A DNA stretch of 62,970 bases, filler included, from Octopus bimaculoides (lineage: Eukaryota), in assembly GCF_001194135.2 (NCBI RefSeq). It is 5 parts of 5 records of this genome, joined end to end, with 100 filler letters (N's around TTAATTAATTAA, not from the genome) between each part and the next. Parts side by side here need not be neighbours in the genome. Positions count along the whole stretch, not along the records: positions 28,180 to 45,614 come from NC_069001.1; positions 45,715 to 48,822 come from NC_069006.1; positions 48,923 to 54,824 come from NC_068985.1; 2 more parts are not named here. The stretch is one strand, 5' to 3'. Below, in pieces: positions 41,788 to 54,791 of this stretch (position 1 is the stretch's first letter; each line of letters starts with the position of its first letter). A program made the position numbers and the translations under genes. The notes under the pieces are model-generated. The model did not search any database and was not told the origin of the DNA. It saw only the letters and a program-made list of their open reading frames with translations.

Positions 41788-41865
41788 CTTAGCTCTCCAC
41801 TCAATCGTGTTCAAACAAAAATCTTCACCTTTCTTGCACGTTTCTTGTGTAATATCATCGAATTT
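41788..41865 (-). CDS. Candidate exon KFDDITQETCKKGEDFCLNTIEWRAK (Ly6/uPAR-like Cys spacing)
   Basis: tttttccccccgtcgttatag acceptor, AAG|GTACTG donor, 78 nt phase 0-0, hydrophilic composition; TCx6C..I.W resembles three-finger domain loops. Confidence 0.35.
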
Positions 41866-42030
41866 CTATAACGACGGGGGGAAAAAGGTGAACGAAATAT
41901 AGGAGGACTGGTGTGTGTCCTGATCATCTGCCAAAAGTCGTGCCTCGTAAACTCTATATTTGAGTGAAGTGTGAGAGAGAAGGGAAAGAAAAAAAGAGAC
42001 AGGGTTTAGTATACCAATGTTTTATTCCAG

Positions 42031-42141
42031 CGTGCTGAGCAAGGTTCCGTGTTGAATGAGGAATGCGGAAAAACTTCCAGACAAGAACAAGAAATTGCTA
42101 TCGATTGCAACACTGAGAATGCCACGTTCCAAAGCATCTAA
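42031..42141 (+). CDS. Candidate terminal exon RAEQGSVLNEECGK...ATFQSI*
   Basis: gttttattccag acceptor, 36 open hydrophilic codons, then TAA; no homology recognised. Confidence 0.2.
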   Translation, partial: RAEQGSVLNEECGKTSRQEQEIAIDCNTENATFQSI

Positions 42142-44864
42142 AAACCGACTTAATTTTTTGACTTTTTCTCATAAATAACTATTTTTTAACCCTTGTGCTT
42201 GTGTGTGTGCGTGCATTTATGTATATGTATGTGTGCTTATACATATATGTATATATATGTGTGTTTATATATACACACATATATATATATTACACGCATT
42301 TATATATGTATTATGTAATATATGTATATATTACATAATATAAATATATATTTTATATATATACAATATTTTTATATTTCACATAGATATAAAAATATAT
42401 ATACTATATCATCATCATCATCATCATCGTTTAACGTCCGCTTTCCATGCNNNNNNNNNNAAGAAACTGGATATAAGGCTTCAAGATATTCACAAATTCA
42501 CTCACCAATTCCTCACACTCTGCAGAATCCTTTCGTTGCATCTCATTTCCTTGAACAAAAATGTCTTGTAATACCATGCAGAAATTAAAGATATCAATGG
42601 CTAAAGCAACAGGGGACCATTTTTGACAGTTTATAAATTCTTTATAGTCTTAGCTCCATGACTCGGGGCTGCTTTGAAGATCTATTCTGACATGAAATAA
42701 CAGCTTCAAGGCAGCTGTTCACAGCATCTAACATGCATTATCATCCTAGGAGTTGCTTTTGCTATCAGCTCAGTCACTTAGAAGCAAAGTGTGTGAGGTC
42801 GATGCTAGGGTACCCTCACCTATATTCTTAGGAATTCTTTTTTGCACTATTGCTTGGAAGCCACGTGTGTGTAGTTGGAGCTACAGTATCATCACCTATT
42901 GCTCAAGGAATTCTTTTTGCCATTGGAACAGTCACTTTGATCCCAAGTGTATGTGGTTAACACTTGGGAATTCTTTTTGCTATAAGAGCAGTTGCTAAGA
43001 AATTAGGTGCATGTATGGGTGATAGTGGGGCAGCTTCCTTGCCTCAAATAATTGTGCAGCTTTCTCCATTTCTCCTCACAACCTACACAAATTCATATGA
43101 CAATTGGTAGATAACCTGTGATGAGGTCAGGCTCACTCTGCTGGCTGGAAGACTAATGCTCAAACTGCACATAAGTGACATAGCCAAGATGGTCAATGAA
43201 TTGTGTACTGAGAGCAAATACACTCTTCGGTCCTATCTATGCAACTAAGTAATCAGCACTGAAATGATCATTAAGGAAAACAAGTGCATACTTAGGGCAG
43301 CAGGAGAAGATGGACACCGCAGAAATGGTAAATGGCTTACAGCACAAAGGAAATCATTTTAAACTTGCTAAAATAATATTCAAAGTTGTTTATATGATGA
43401 GAAATATAACTCCAAAGTGTTCATGATGTTATAGTGAAGATCTGATCTATGACTTTGCTATTTAAAAATTAAAAATAGGTGAAAACTTTTCAAATATTAA
43501 ATGGAAGTATACAAAAATAAACATTATTTTCCATCCCACTGTTAGTTTAATTTCATTTTGCTGCTTTGTAGGGTGTTACTGCCAAGAAGGATTGAGAACT
43601 GCATGAAGCGTTCTCGTGTATGTACCACCACATTTCTTTCCAAGTCTCTTTCTTGTTCAATGTCCATACTGAAGAGATGCAGAGAAGAACTGATAAAAGG
43701 AAAAAGATATAATTTAACAATCACAACAATAACAACATTTTGCTTCCCTCTCTGATATCTTGTAAATCATCTGAAGAAAAAAAAAAGAAACCAATTTATA
43801 AACTAATATTTATTTTGTTCCCTTTGTCATACAACAATCTGTCTTCTGACAATTATCTTCCACCATTTTCACCTTTAGGTTTTTGTTCCTATCTTGTCTT
43901 CATTTTCTTCTCACATTTTTTTTTCTTCCTCTTTTTCTTGAATTAAATCACAGCATCAGAGAACTAGCTCTAAGAGACATGTCAGATACATGTCTTTAAT
44001 CTTGTTAAGCATTCACTTATCTTTTTGTTCAATGTTCCTAAATTATATCCGGCTAAGATCAACTTTGCTTTTCATCTGTAGGATAAATACTGTATTTGAT
44101 AGCATAAAAGACGCATGGGTATATTAGATGCACTTCAATTTCAGCAATGCATATTCAGAAAAAAAGTTTTTAGCATGTAATGTAGGCCCCCAATTTCACA
44201 CATAGGACCTGGGGTGATTTTTTGAGATCTGTGTTTTTTTTTTAATAAAGTACATCTTATATGCCTTCAAATGTGGTAATAGTAATCAATAATTCCTTTC
44301 TGGTTTCAGCACAAGGCCAGCAATTTTAGGGGGAAGTGATTAATTGATACCACCAATCCATGTACTTTACAGGATTTAGTTTTCTCCTTCCACATTTTAA
44401 GATCAAATCATACTGGGGTCAGATTTACCTTTCATCCCTACTGAAGTTGTTGTAGTAGTTGCTGTTTAGCTCCTAGTCAGTCCTGCTCTGGCAGACCTAT
44501 GATCAAAGACATTCCAGTTGTGACCACCCTGCCTTTTTTCTTTGTACAAGGAATACAATATCATATTATGTGATGTACTTTTTCTAAGACAATAAGGTGT
44601 GATTTGAGGGAGTTTTGGTTGCTAGATCTAGCAAGTTGAGCGTTTGTACACCACTAAATTCTAGTTGTTTCCACAGCAGATATGAACAAAATTAAAGTAA
44701 GTACCAGTAATATGTCAGGGTGATTTCAATCACTTCCACCTCTCCTGAAGTTGGCTTTGGTAGGATTTCAACCCAAAGTAGAAAAAAATTACAAAGAATT
44801 ATTTAAGGCAGGTTAATCTACTGTCACTGACTTCCCTTTTAACCTTTGTCTTTTCAATTTTACT

Positions 44865-45150
44865 TGTTTCCGACATTGGACTGTGACCATACTGGGGCAC
44901 TGCCTAGAATGAATTAGTCAAACAAATCAGCTCCAGAACTTATTTTTCAAGACTAATATTTATTCTATCGATCTCTTCTAAATTACAGGAGCATAAATAA
45001 TGCAACACCTGTCGTTAAGTGGTAGCGGGGCAATAAAAACAAACACAAAGACATATACACACATATGTACAAAGATATATATGTATACATACGATGAGGG
45101 GCTTCCACACAGTTTCTGTGAACCAAATTCACTCATAAGGCATTGGACAT
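44865..45150 (-). mobile_element. SINE family C, body
   Basis: Contains the uninterrupted site cttccacacagtttc; the head is replaced by the adjacent RTE fragment. Confidence 0.65.
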
Positions 45151-45430
45151 GTTGAAAAATAGTTTCATGGACGGGTCTTCCCTAGGACCTATCACCAAAC
45201 ATCTTGGTCTAGTGTCATTTCCTCCATGAGCCCCTACATCCTAAGATCAGTCCTCACCACTTCATCCCATGTCTTCCTGGGTCTCCCTCTTCCACAGGCG
45301 CTATTGTATACAGCTATCTTCACTCATACGCATCACATGTCCAAACCAATGCAGTCTCCTTTCCTACATACTACAGTTAATCTCTTTTATGCCTAACTTT
45401 TCTCTCAACACAGTTGTGCTTTGTTGGTCA
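45150..45430 (-). mobile_element. RTE-clade LINE 3' end
   Basis: LREKLGIKEINCSM*ERRLHWFGHVMRMSEDS...GRPRKTWDEVVRTDL matches the RTE ORF C-terminus. Confidence 0.85.
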
Positions 45431-45580
45431 TATATGTATGTATGCATGTATGCATGTATATATGTATGTATGTATTTATGCATGCATGTATATATGTATG
45501 TATGTATTTATGCATGCATGTATGTGTATGTGTGTGTAGACACATTCATATATACATATATATACACACACACACACACA

Positions 45581-45614
<34 letters not shown>

Positions 45615-45714
45615 NNNNNNNNNNNNNNNNNNNNNNNNNNNNNNNNNNNNNNNNNNNNTTAATTAATTAANNNNNNNNNNNNNNNNNNNNNNNNNNNNNN
45701 NNNNNNNNNNNNNN

Positions 45715-46045
45715 GGATCGCGGTTTCGATTCCTAGACCGGGTGTTGTGAGTGTTTATTGAGCGAAAACACCAAAAGCTCCACGAAGCTCCAGCAGGGAA
45801 TGGTGGCGAATCCTACTGTACTCTTTCAACACAACTTTTTCTCACTCTTTCTTCCTGTTTCTGTTGTGCCTGTAATTCAAAGGGTCAGCCTTGTCACACT
45901 CTGCGTTACGCTGAATATCCCCCGCGAACTACGTTAAGGGTACACGTGTCTGTGGAGTGCTCAGCCACTTGATTTCACGAGCAGGCTGTTCCGTTGATCG
46001 GATCAACTGGAACCCTCGACATCGTAAGCGACGGAGTGCCAACAA
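45715..46045 (+). mobile_element. SINE family B, variant central region
   Basis: B-box ggtttcgattcc and 3' half shared with 28803-29118. Confidence 0.75.
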
Positions 46046-46298
46046 CAACAATAAAGAACATAGATATTATAAAATAATAGGATTAGAACAGGTTTTTCAG
46101 TATCTAAAAATTTGTTTAGAATTATCTCTTCCTTTAATAATAAAAGTTTAGACAATTTTTATAATCATAGAAATAATAATACTCTTACAGAGAAAGTTCT
46201 AGCTAGAAATTCTTTTTAGACAGAAGGACAGTTGGACGTAACGGAATTTTCTGACAAAAGACATATGTATATACAATTAAATTCACATATCTCAACAG

Positions 46299-46399
46299 GA
46301 TACGATATCAGCACAATTGATAACGTTGGCAAGGGAAAGTTTGCAAGCATGGCGAATAATTGGAAGAAGAGCGATGAATCAAGGCGACGATATTTTATG
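46299..46399 (+). CDS. Candidate 101-nt exon (GYDISTIDNVGKGKFASMANNWKKSDESRRRYFM)
   Basis: tctcaacag|G acceptor, ATG|GTAGGC donor, open frame; only faintly like a kinase GxGxF loop. Confidence 0.18.
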
Positions 46400-46748
46400 G
46401 TAGGCAGGAGTAACTTCTCCTCGAATGATAACAATGGGGATAATGATTAAGGCAACGAAGATGACGAACAAGAAAATGGTTGAATAAGAAAGGCGTATAA
46501 GGTTCTTAACGGGGAAAATAAAATATAGAGAAAAAGAACAGGTGACAGGTGAGATAACACATTATATCAGGACTTGTCAAAAATACTGATACGAGTATTC
46601 CATTGGGTATACGATATCGGGTGACTGTTTCTGGTTCGTATCAAAACATCGTCACTGCATTGTTCTATTTCGTCTCGAAAGCAACACGCAGTCGCTACAA
46701 CTGACATGAAGGATGTTTGCTAGGTTGCTAGTATTGACCCTGTTAATC

Positions 46749-46930
46749 GGGCGGTGAGCTGGCAGAATCGTTAGCACGATGGACAAATTGACTACCGGCA
46801 TTTCGTCTGTGTTGAAATTCCGCTGAGGTCGACTCTGCCTTTCATCCATTCGGGATCAATGAAAGAATTACCTGTTGAGCACTGGGGCCGTTGCCATTGG
46901 CTTTTCCCCTCGCCGAAATTGCTGGCCTCG
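46749..46930 (+). mobile_element. SINE family A
   Basis: gggcggtgagctggcagaatcgttagcac head and body. Confidence 0.8.
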
Positions 46931-47058
46931 GGCAACGGTTTTAGGTTGAAATAAAACCATTGCCAATGCAGTGTTCTTCTCGTTTCAAACACAATCTGCA
47001 ATCGCTACCACTGACATGAAAGATGCTGCTAGGTTGCTAGCATTTGGCCCTGTTTATA

Positions 47059-47272
47059 AGGCGGAGAGCTGGAAGAATTGTTAGTACGACGTAGAAAATA
47101 CTTACCGTCATTTCGTCTTTCTTTATGTTCTGCGTTCAAATTCTACTGAGATCGACTTTGCCTTTTGTCACTTCGAGCTCGATAAAATAATTACCAGTTG
47201 AGCAGTGGGGCTGATGCAATCGGTTTTTGCCCTCCCTCGAAACTGCTCCATTTGTGCAAAAATTTGAAACCG
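47059..47272 (+). mobile_element. SINE family A, alternative tail
   Basis: Head ggcggagagctggaag, tail tttgtgcaaaaatttgaaacc; further fragments at 47330-47398 (+) and 47399-47470 (-). Confidence 0.8.
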
Positions 47273-48092
47273 TTCGGCCATACTGCATTGATTCTCAAAT
47301 GGTGGACATTACTCTTGCCAAGGTATCGAAGTGGTAGAATCGTTTGCACACTGGGCCATATGCTAGGCGGCATTTCACTCGTCTTTGCGTTCCGAGTTGA
47401 ACTCAAAATATAGCGGCAGACGAAACACCGCTAAGCTTTTCTCCCGGCATGCTAACGATTCTGCCAACTGGTTGTCTAGCGTAGTCCAATAATATCAGCA
47501 GGATATATGTAGTGGGGAAGATGTCAAATGTCTTAACTGAACTTCAAATGAAAGAAGACGAAAATGCCAAAATCTTATCTCATTTTCTCAAAAAGACATG
47601 AAAATCTAATAACAAAATAAAAAGAAAACACTTAAAGAAACAAATAGAAATTCTAAATCAGGAATACAACAAAACATAAAATAATTGTAAAGAATAATTA
47701 AAACTGAACAGATAAACATTGTCCCCTTAAACCATCCTCCCATCGAAAATAGGGAAGAAATTATACAGCGTTAATCTACCCGCCTAAAGGAACATAACAC
47801 ACAGAACATAGCTGTGTGCAAAGCACATATCTAAGAGTAAAATGGAATACTTCTAGAAAGAAATTTAGTCAAAAGGAAGGTAGCTTTGCTAAAGGGAAAA
47901 ATAATGGAAAAACAAAAAAAAAATACAAGAGGCAAAAAGCAAAAAAAAAATACAAGAGGCAAAAAGCAAAAACAAAAATCTGAACAATGGAACATAAAAT
48001 GTAATTGAGGATTTTTATTTATCTATTTATATCTTTACTTTTATTTTTTTATTATTATTATAGTTTGCTCCGGTTAATTCTGTGAGAACATA

Positions 48093-48123
<31 letters not shown>

Positions 48124-48160
48124 GTTACTACTATTATTTTTTAAATTATTATTATTGTTG

Positions 48161-48221
<61 letters not shown>

Positions 48222-48329
48222 TTTTTTGGGGGTAGCAAATAGTCTTTGAGCAATAAACTGTGAGGGCAAATAACTTTGGGTTTACAGTGTAGCGAACATA
48301 AATGTTAATTAAGATTTTCNNNNNNNNNN

Positions 48330-48515
48330 AAGTCGATGATGATGATGATGATGATGATGACGACGACGACGATGACCCTGATGATGATGACGACGACGAC
48401 GATGACCCTGATGATGATGACGACGACGACGGGGACAATGATGACGAGGACGACGACGACGACGACGATGATGATGATGATGACGACGATGATGATGATG
48501 ATGATAATGGTTATG
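48330..48515. repeat. (GAT/GAC)n tract
   Basis: Direct inspection. Confidence 0.9.
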
Positions 48516-48721
48516 AAATGGAAGTGATAAAAGGAAAGGATACAGAAAAATATAACGAATGAGCCGAAAACGATTCTCACGATGATGGTGATGATGATGA
48601 TGATGATGATGATGGGCAGAAGTAGGAGGAGGACAGTGAGGAAGAAGAAAGAGATTGAACGAGAAGTAGAAAGGAGCCAAAAAGTAAAACAAGACGAAGA
48701 AAAGTAGAGATAGAAATCAGG

Positions 48722-48775
<54 letters not shown>

Positions 48776-49629
48776 AAGAAGGGAAGAGGTACGAAAGAGA
48801 GAGAGAGAGAGAGAGAGAGAGANNNNNNNNNNNNNNNNNNNNNNNNNNNNNNNNNNNNNNNNNNNNTTAATTAATTAANNNNNNNNNNNNNNNNNNNNNN
48901 NNNNNNNNNNNNNNNNNNNNNNATGTGTGTGTGTCTGTGTGTATACACACACAGACACGCATGCACATCCACACCAACACACACACTCACGCACACACAC
49001 ACACACACGCACAGACACACACACACGCATATATATATATATACAGAAAGATGCATTTATAAACAAGGCCTCATACACAGAAACACACATATACACACCA
49101 AATTTCGACGCTAACATTTTGTTTCTCTTGTCACGTTTAAAATTTTACACAATAAAGTGTATAAATCCTGAATCATATCTATATACGAAATATTTCTTCG
49201 AAGAAGGATATTCTAATATCCACATCAAAATAAAGCTACGTGAACAGTAGGAAATCCTAGAATGATCGAGCGGCAGAATTATTGTAGTCACTCAATGTAG
49301 TCGATTAACAACAATAACTTCAGAATGTGTATTATTACATGCGCAAATGTTAGATGAACTACTAAGGAAAGCTAAGATAGCCTAAACTAATATTGGCTTC
49401 AGATTTTGACGCATGGTTAGTAAGTTAGGGATTAAGACTATTACATGAACAACAGAGCTAAAGTTTTACTTCTTTAATCGACTCCGAAATGATGAAAAGT
49501 AAAATTAACTTCGGTGGAAATTGAACGTAAAGTAGGAGGAAATAACGCCAATCATTTTAACCGGCCTGCTAACGATCCTTCCAGTAGCCGCCTTAACGTA
49601 AATTAATATGCCTCTATAAACTTTTTTCT

Positions 49630-49835
49630 CTTTTATACTATTAGCACAAGCTTCAAATTTTGTTTGAGGTAGATAGTTGTTTGAATCGACCCCACTGTTC
49701 TGGTACTTTTTAGTTCGACCCCGAACCAATTAAAGGCAACCCGGTGTTTTGCAAAATTTGAACTCGGAACTTAAAGACGGACGAAATGGCAGTAAGTATT
49801 TTTTGCCAGGTATGTAAACAAATCTTCCGGTATGC
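49630..49835 (-). mobile_element. SINE family A, diverged
   Basis: Reverse complement body (atcgacccc...tggtact...cgacccc...tttgaactc). Confidence 0.7.
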
Positions 49836-50175
49836 CATTTAGACCTCCATTAATATCAAAAAAAAAAATTTGATGGCTGTGGCATTTCAAATATCTCTCA
49901 TCTGTGTACACTTTTCTCGTTATTATATATTTACCAAGGTTATTCATAAGAATTCCAGACAATATTGCTGAATTACAGATAATATAGTTACATTTATACA
50001 TGTATTTTTCCGATGACACACTAGGATGTCCATGCACATTAAGTTTTTAGTGCACTACATTTTATGCGAGAAGCAGGTTTAATGTAAGAAATTTCATTAC
50101 GTAATGCTCGACCGTTAATCATTCAGTCCGTATGCATACATACGTAGTACATCTATTCATATATAAATATATGTG

Positions 50176-50209
<34 letters not shown>

Positions 50210-50716
50210 AGTGTGTGTGTGTGCGTGTGTGTGCGTGTGTGTGTGTGTGTCTGCGTACGTTTATGTGCGTACATGTCTCCTTGTGCGTGTGTTTATGTGT
50301 GGTGAGTGTATCTGCTTTGGGGTATCAACCCCACTGCAGAGACCATTCTGTCCTTAACTCTCTACAAACGTTTTCACTGAATCAATGTAAAGGAAAACAG
50401 ATGTCAAAACACAATCGGCAAGATAATATATTAGAAACAGTCGGAGAAGTGTGAGGAATGAAAAACCCGGTGACGTAGAGTGGTGTTAGTTTCTGTAAGT
50501 AGGCGTTAAGACACATGATTCCTATGCTTACGTTTGTATGATGTAGGAAGTAATTTTGTGAAATGTTATGTGATATCATATTTGGAATTGCTATCGTATT
50601 TATCTACACAATTTGTAGATTAATTATACATACAAAGTAAAAGAATTATACATACAAAGTAAAAGAATATACATACGTAATGTGTGTGTGTATTGAAGGA
50701 GAGAGTTTATATGTGC

Positions 50717-50764
<48 letters not shown>

Positions 50765-51059
50765 GCTTGCCTTGAAGGTGTGTCCGTACACATGTATGGT
50801 AGCTTTAATTTACCAACGTCTATCGGTGACGTCAGTTAGATGATTAAACCACGTACAAAAAAATTGGCAATCATACATAACGACCAGGCTACACCCGAAC
50901 AGAGAATACTTCAATTTTAATCATAGTTGCCTTGGGAATTACTTGATAACATATATATATATATATATATTGACCGTGCAAATCACAAGTTTTTGATCTG
51001 TCTAGCTGATGACATTGAACTGTGGACAATCTGTATTACTTCTATCTATTGGACTACGA

Positions 51060-51540
51060 AATACCCTATGTAGATACGATCTGGAAAAAATGGGGGATGA
51101 AAATTTTGTATTATGATATTATATATAATTGGATGTGTAGTAAATAATGATGAGTTTTTTCTAAGCCTGCAGGAATAAAATATCTTTACACACCCAGTAA
51201 AATCTAGTATTCCAGGCGTCATTATTTCTAATAATTTATAATTTCCCTTAAAACGTCAATTGTGCACTAAACGCTTTTCACTGAGGACATTCATTCTTAA
51301 AGGTTTTTCCAAAACTTGGTAAATATATTTACTTGTTAAACTGCACGTTTTTCTTTCTCATAAATCAACTTATTTTATGTGTTTCTGTTTATTAAACTTC
51401 ATTTGCCTAAAATGAAATATGAGTGAAATCTGATGAAATGATGTTATGTGAAACGATTGCGTTTCAAATATACATTGATGACAATTCAATATACTTACTG
51501 AAAAGAATTTATGCTACACGCTATATCGTTTGCAATTTCG
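51060..51540 (+). repeat. ~0.5-kb direct repeat, copy 1
   Basis: Aligns by eye with 53230-53740, e.g. atctttacacacccagtaaaatctagtattcc vs atctttatacaccctgcaaaatccagtattcc. Confidence 0.8.
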
Positions 51541-51559
51541 CAGCCATGTTTTCTCATTT

Positions 51560-52700
51560 TTTTATAGAAATATCTCAACTGAAGCGTCTTCTAATTTAGA
51601 GAAACAGACGGCAATTAGCCACCAATCACTATAAAAATGCAGTTGCGTTATTTAGTAATATTACGTTGACATGCTGTACAGACATCTTGGTGCCATAGCT
51701 CTAATTCTTCCAATATTGAAGAATATGAATAAAGTAAGAATTTACGTCATATTATTTTACAATTATTTCCCGATTTCTTACAAAATTGCTAATTATCTTC
51801 CTCTGTTGATTGCACTTAATGTAAGAACGAAAATTATGGCTGCGAAACGGAGACTTCATATCGTTGCAACATCCAAGAATTAGAGCGCTTTCATGTACAA
51901 AAGCTTTGTTCAATCTTGACCATCGAATGAGAAGATTCTGTAACTATGTGCTATACAATATGTGTACCCTATTTCTGGCCAATACGCGTATCGATGCTCC
52001 TAAGTATTCATGTATGTAAAGCTGTTGCGTATGACATTTATCCAACACCTTCAATTAAATAGTCAAAGTGATATATTTAAGTTGAACATATATTCATGAT
52101 CGTCTGACTATCGATGACAGTCCCCAGGTAGTGTACATGTATAGAACACCTACCATTACATGAACGCTAAATCTTAGAGTTCAGTTTCTTTGGATTACGA
52201 TGCGAAAATGTTTCGTTTCGCATCTTAATGTCGCTCGGCTTGACTTAGTTTCCAGATTCATCTTGTGGTTCACAAACTAGCTGCTCTTTCTTTAGTAAGC
52301 AACTGCTTTACTGTTGTATTATCTATGTCAATTTGTATTTCATTACAAGAAATCCATGTATCCCATTACGAAACAAGGCTTTAATATATAAGTGTTCTAT
52401 CACTGCTCTTGGAAAATGACATGTCTACAATGGTGCATCCTCTTCCTCATTCAAACTTCGAAGGAATGATCAGAAATATACATTGAGTTATAAGAACACG
52501 ACTAATTATGCGGTTGTAGGCAAATTCATACACCCGCTCATAGATACGAATAATGAGTATAAAATTGTTTGATTCATTGAATATAACGCAAAACCGTATA
52601 AGGGTAGTAATGGATGGTGTGAGCTCTGTGTAACTGGCGCATTCCATTGTAATTAAACTAGTAAATCTAAATCAATTATGCGTCAACGATAAGAGGAACT
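51560..52700 (+). mobile_element. Penelope-like element remnant (RT thumb + GIY-YIG endonuclease)
   Basis: LIYKCSITALGK*HVYNGASSSSFKLRRNDQKY, EYKIV*F and NAKPYKGSNGWCELCV match the PLE GIY-YIG consensus (VYKATV..YIG..FK.RY..HK; W....AKPY....CNLC); LSNTFN*IVKVIY lies upstream. Heavily decayed. Confidence 0.7.
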
Positions 52701-53015
52701 AATTACAAGATGCCAGAATGTAAAAAGAAAATATTTCCTACACTACAATCATGCACAATATCACACTTATCTTTATATCTGTAATTATTTAATTTATAAT
52801 CCCGGATTAAAACTCCGTATAAATGTAATATTCATGATAAAAATAATAATATCATTATAATCATTCCAATAAGCAACTAAGCTATAGCCCAATTTACGCT
52901 CTTATATACAATTACCAATATTTTTTTACCTTTTTCTATTCTGTGTTAACTAGGACTTAGATTTATCGAGATTAAATATATATTATGTTATAACAATATA
53001 TTCTCCTACCCTGAA

Positions 53016-53155
53016 GGCGGGGGGCTGGCATAAACGTTAGCACCCCAGGGGAAATGCTTAGGACTGAGGCTATGGTAGAAGACACTTGCCCAAAATGTGA
53101 GATTAGACATGGAAACATGTGGTTGTGAAGCAAACGTCTTTGCACACTGCCATAT
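53016..53155. mobile_element. SINE A head (+) abutting a SINE C fragment (-)
   Basis: ggcggggggctggcataaacgttagc followed by gaggctatggtagaagacacttgccc. Confidence 0.65.
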
Positions 53156-53229
53156 TTGCGCCTATATTAACATATGTATGCATCCTTTTATTGATGTAGA
53201 GACGAACTTCGTGTATTGCTGTTTTGCTA

Positions 53230-53740
53230 AGACATTAATATGGACAAAAATTCTGGAACCTTGGAATCGAGCCTTTAAGCTGTATATTATGGTATTATGC
53301 ATGATTTATTGCATAGTAGATAATATACATGTTTCTACTGCTGTGGGATTCACACATCTTTATACACCCTGCAAAATCCAGTATTCCAAGCCTCGTTATT
53401 TATGGTAATTTATAACTTCCTTTAAAAAACATAACGGAATAACCATGCAGTAAACAGTTTCACTACGGACGTTGATTTGTAAATATTGCATCAAAAACTG
53501 GTAAATATTTACTTGGTAAATTGCATGATTTTTTCTCATAAATCAAATTATTTTGTGTGTTTGCGTTTATTCAATTCCATTTGCCTAAATGGAATTATGA
53601 CTGAAATCTGATGAAATATAGTTTATTATTAACTGCTACTGTTATGTGAAATGACTGCTTACAAATGTATATTGGTGGCAATTCAAAATGATTAATGAAG
53701 AGAATATATGCTACAGGACATATCGCGTGCTATATTTCAC
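53230..53740 (+). repeat. ~0.5-kb direct repeat, copy 2
   Basis: See 51060-51540; substitutions show no codon-position bias in the frames I checked. Confidence 0.8.
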
Positions 53741-54577
53741 CTCCTTTGTGTTACATGAAATAAAGATTTTATTCACTTGTGGATTATGTAATGTTGTGTA
53801 CTGACTAATGGTAATATTTATAGTTTGATGGTATATAACAACTTAAATTCATATATACTTGTTCTTCAAAACCAAACAGATTTAAAATATTTACTGGAAA
53901 TAGCCACTGGATATTATGTTATATTTCATAAATTTTGTAAATTCGACAAAATTATCACGTCGTGTATGTTCATACATTTTTAAAATTCAAAATTTATATA
54001 TTTGAACAAAAGTAGTTCAAAGTTCTTTGCAAAATATTATGCACAATACACGTTATGAAATAAGATTGAAGTAGTATACTACAAAATATGAACGGCATGG
54101 AATAATGTCTTTGTGTACCAACATATAATTGAGAGTAAACTTATAACTATGTTTAATGAGAAATTTACTCATAAGAACAGATCAAAATTGTAATCTTGGA
54201 TATGCCTCAGATCAATAATATATAATTTAATTCCTATTGCATCATTGCCGCCAAATGAAAATCCTGTGGAATATTGTCCATCCAAATCGTTGATGCTTTA
54301 CGTAGTCACTTTCGAAAAAAGCACCTGCTTATAATCTTCGGAAGATATTTGAATATGAACGTTTATAATGCAAATATAAACATGCACAAATATATATACT
54401 GACAGTCGTAAGTTTATACGAAAACACTTGTAATCCTGTTTGGAATCTTTGTACCATCACTGTTTCGTTTTGGGAATGCCAGTCGTAAGTAACAGGGATC
54501 ACCAAGATGAACTTTCGCATAATAATTCACTTATATGTTTGGATATCAAGTTATATTTTGAATAAAAAATACAAGGA

Positions 54578-54645
<68 letters not shown>

Positions 54646-54744
54646 CTCAGGTCACTGTTTGGAATCGAAATAGGGATCTTGGTGTTAGTAAATTGCGCGC
54701 TTAACCACTATACAATATGTACAAGCAGTGGCCTAAATAATAAT

Positions 54745-54791
<47 letters not shown>

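Noticed and set aside
42831-42985. CRISPR-like repeat-spacer array
   Set aside because: Only three 14-15-bp repeats with uneven spacers, in a eukaryotic context with no cas genes.
43540-44050. Several strong minus-strand acceptors with short frames
   Set aside because: Donors are weak or missing and no consistent stop-free model could be built.
53330-53430. GILDFAGC similarity to the myosin switch II motif
   Set aside because: Flanks do not match, there are stops, and differences between the two repeat copies are not synonymous-biased.
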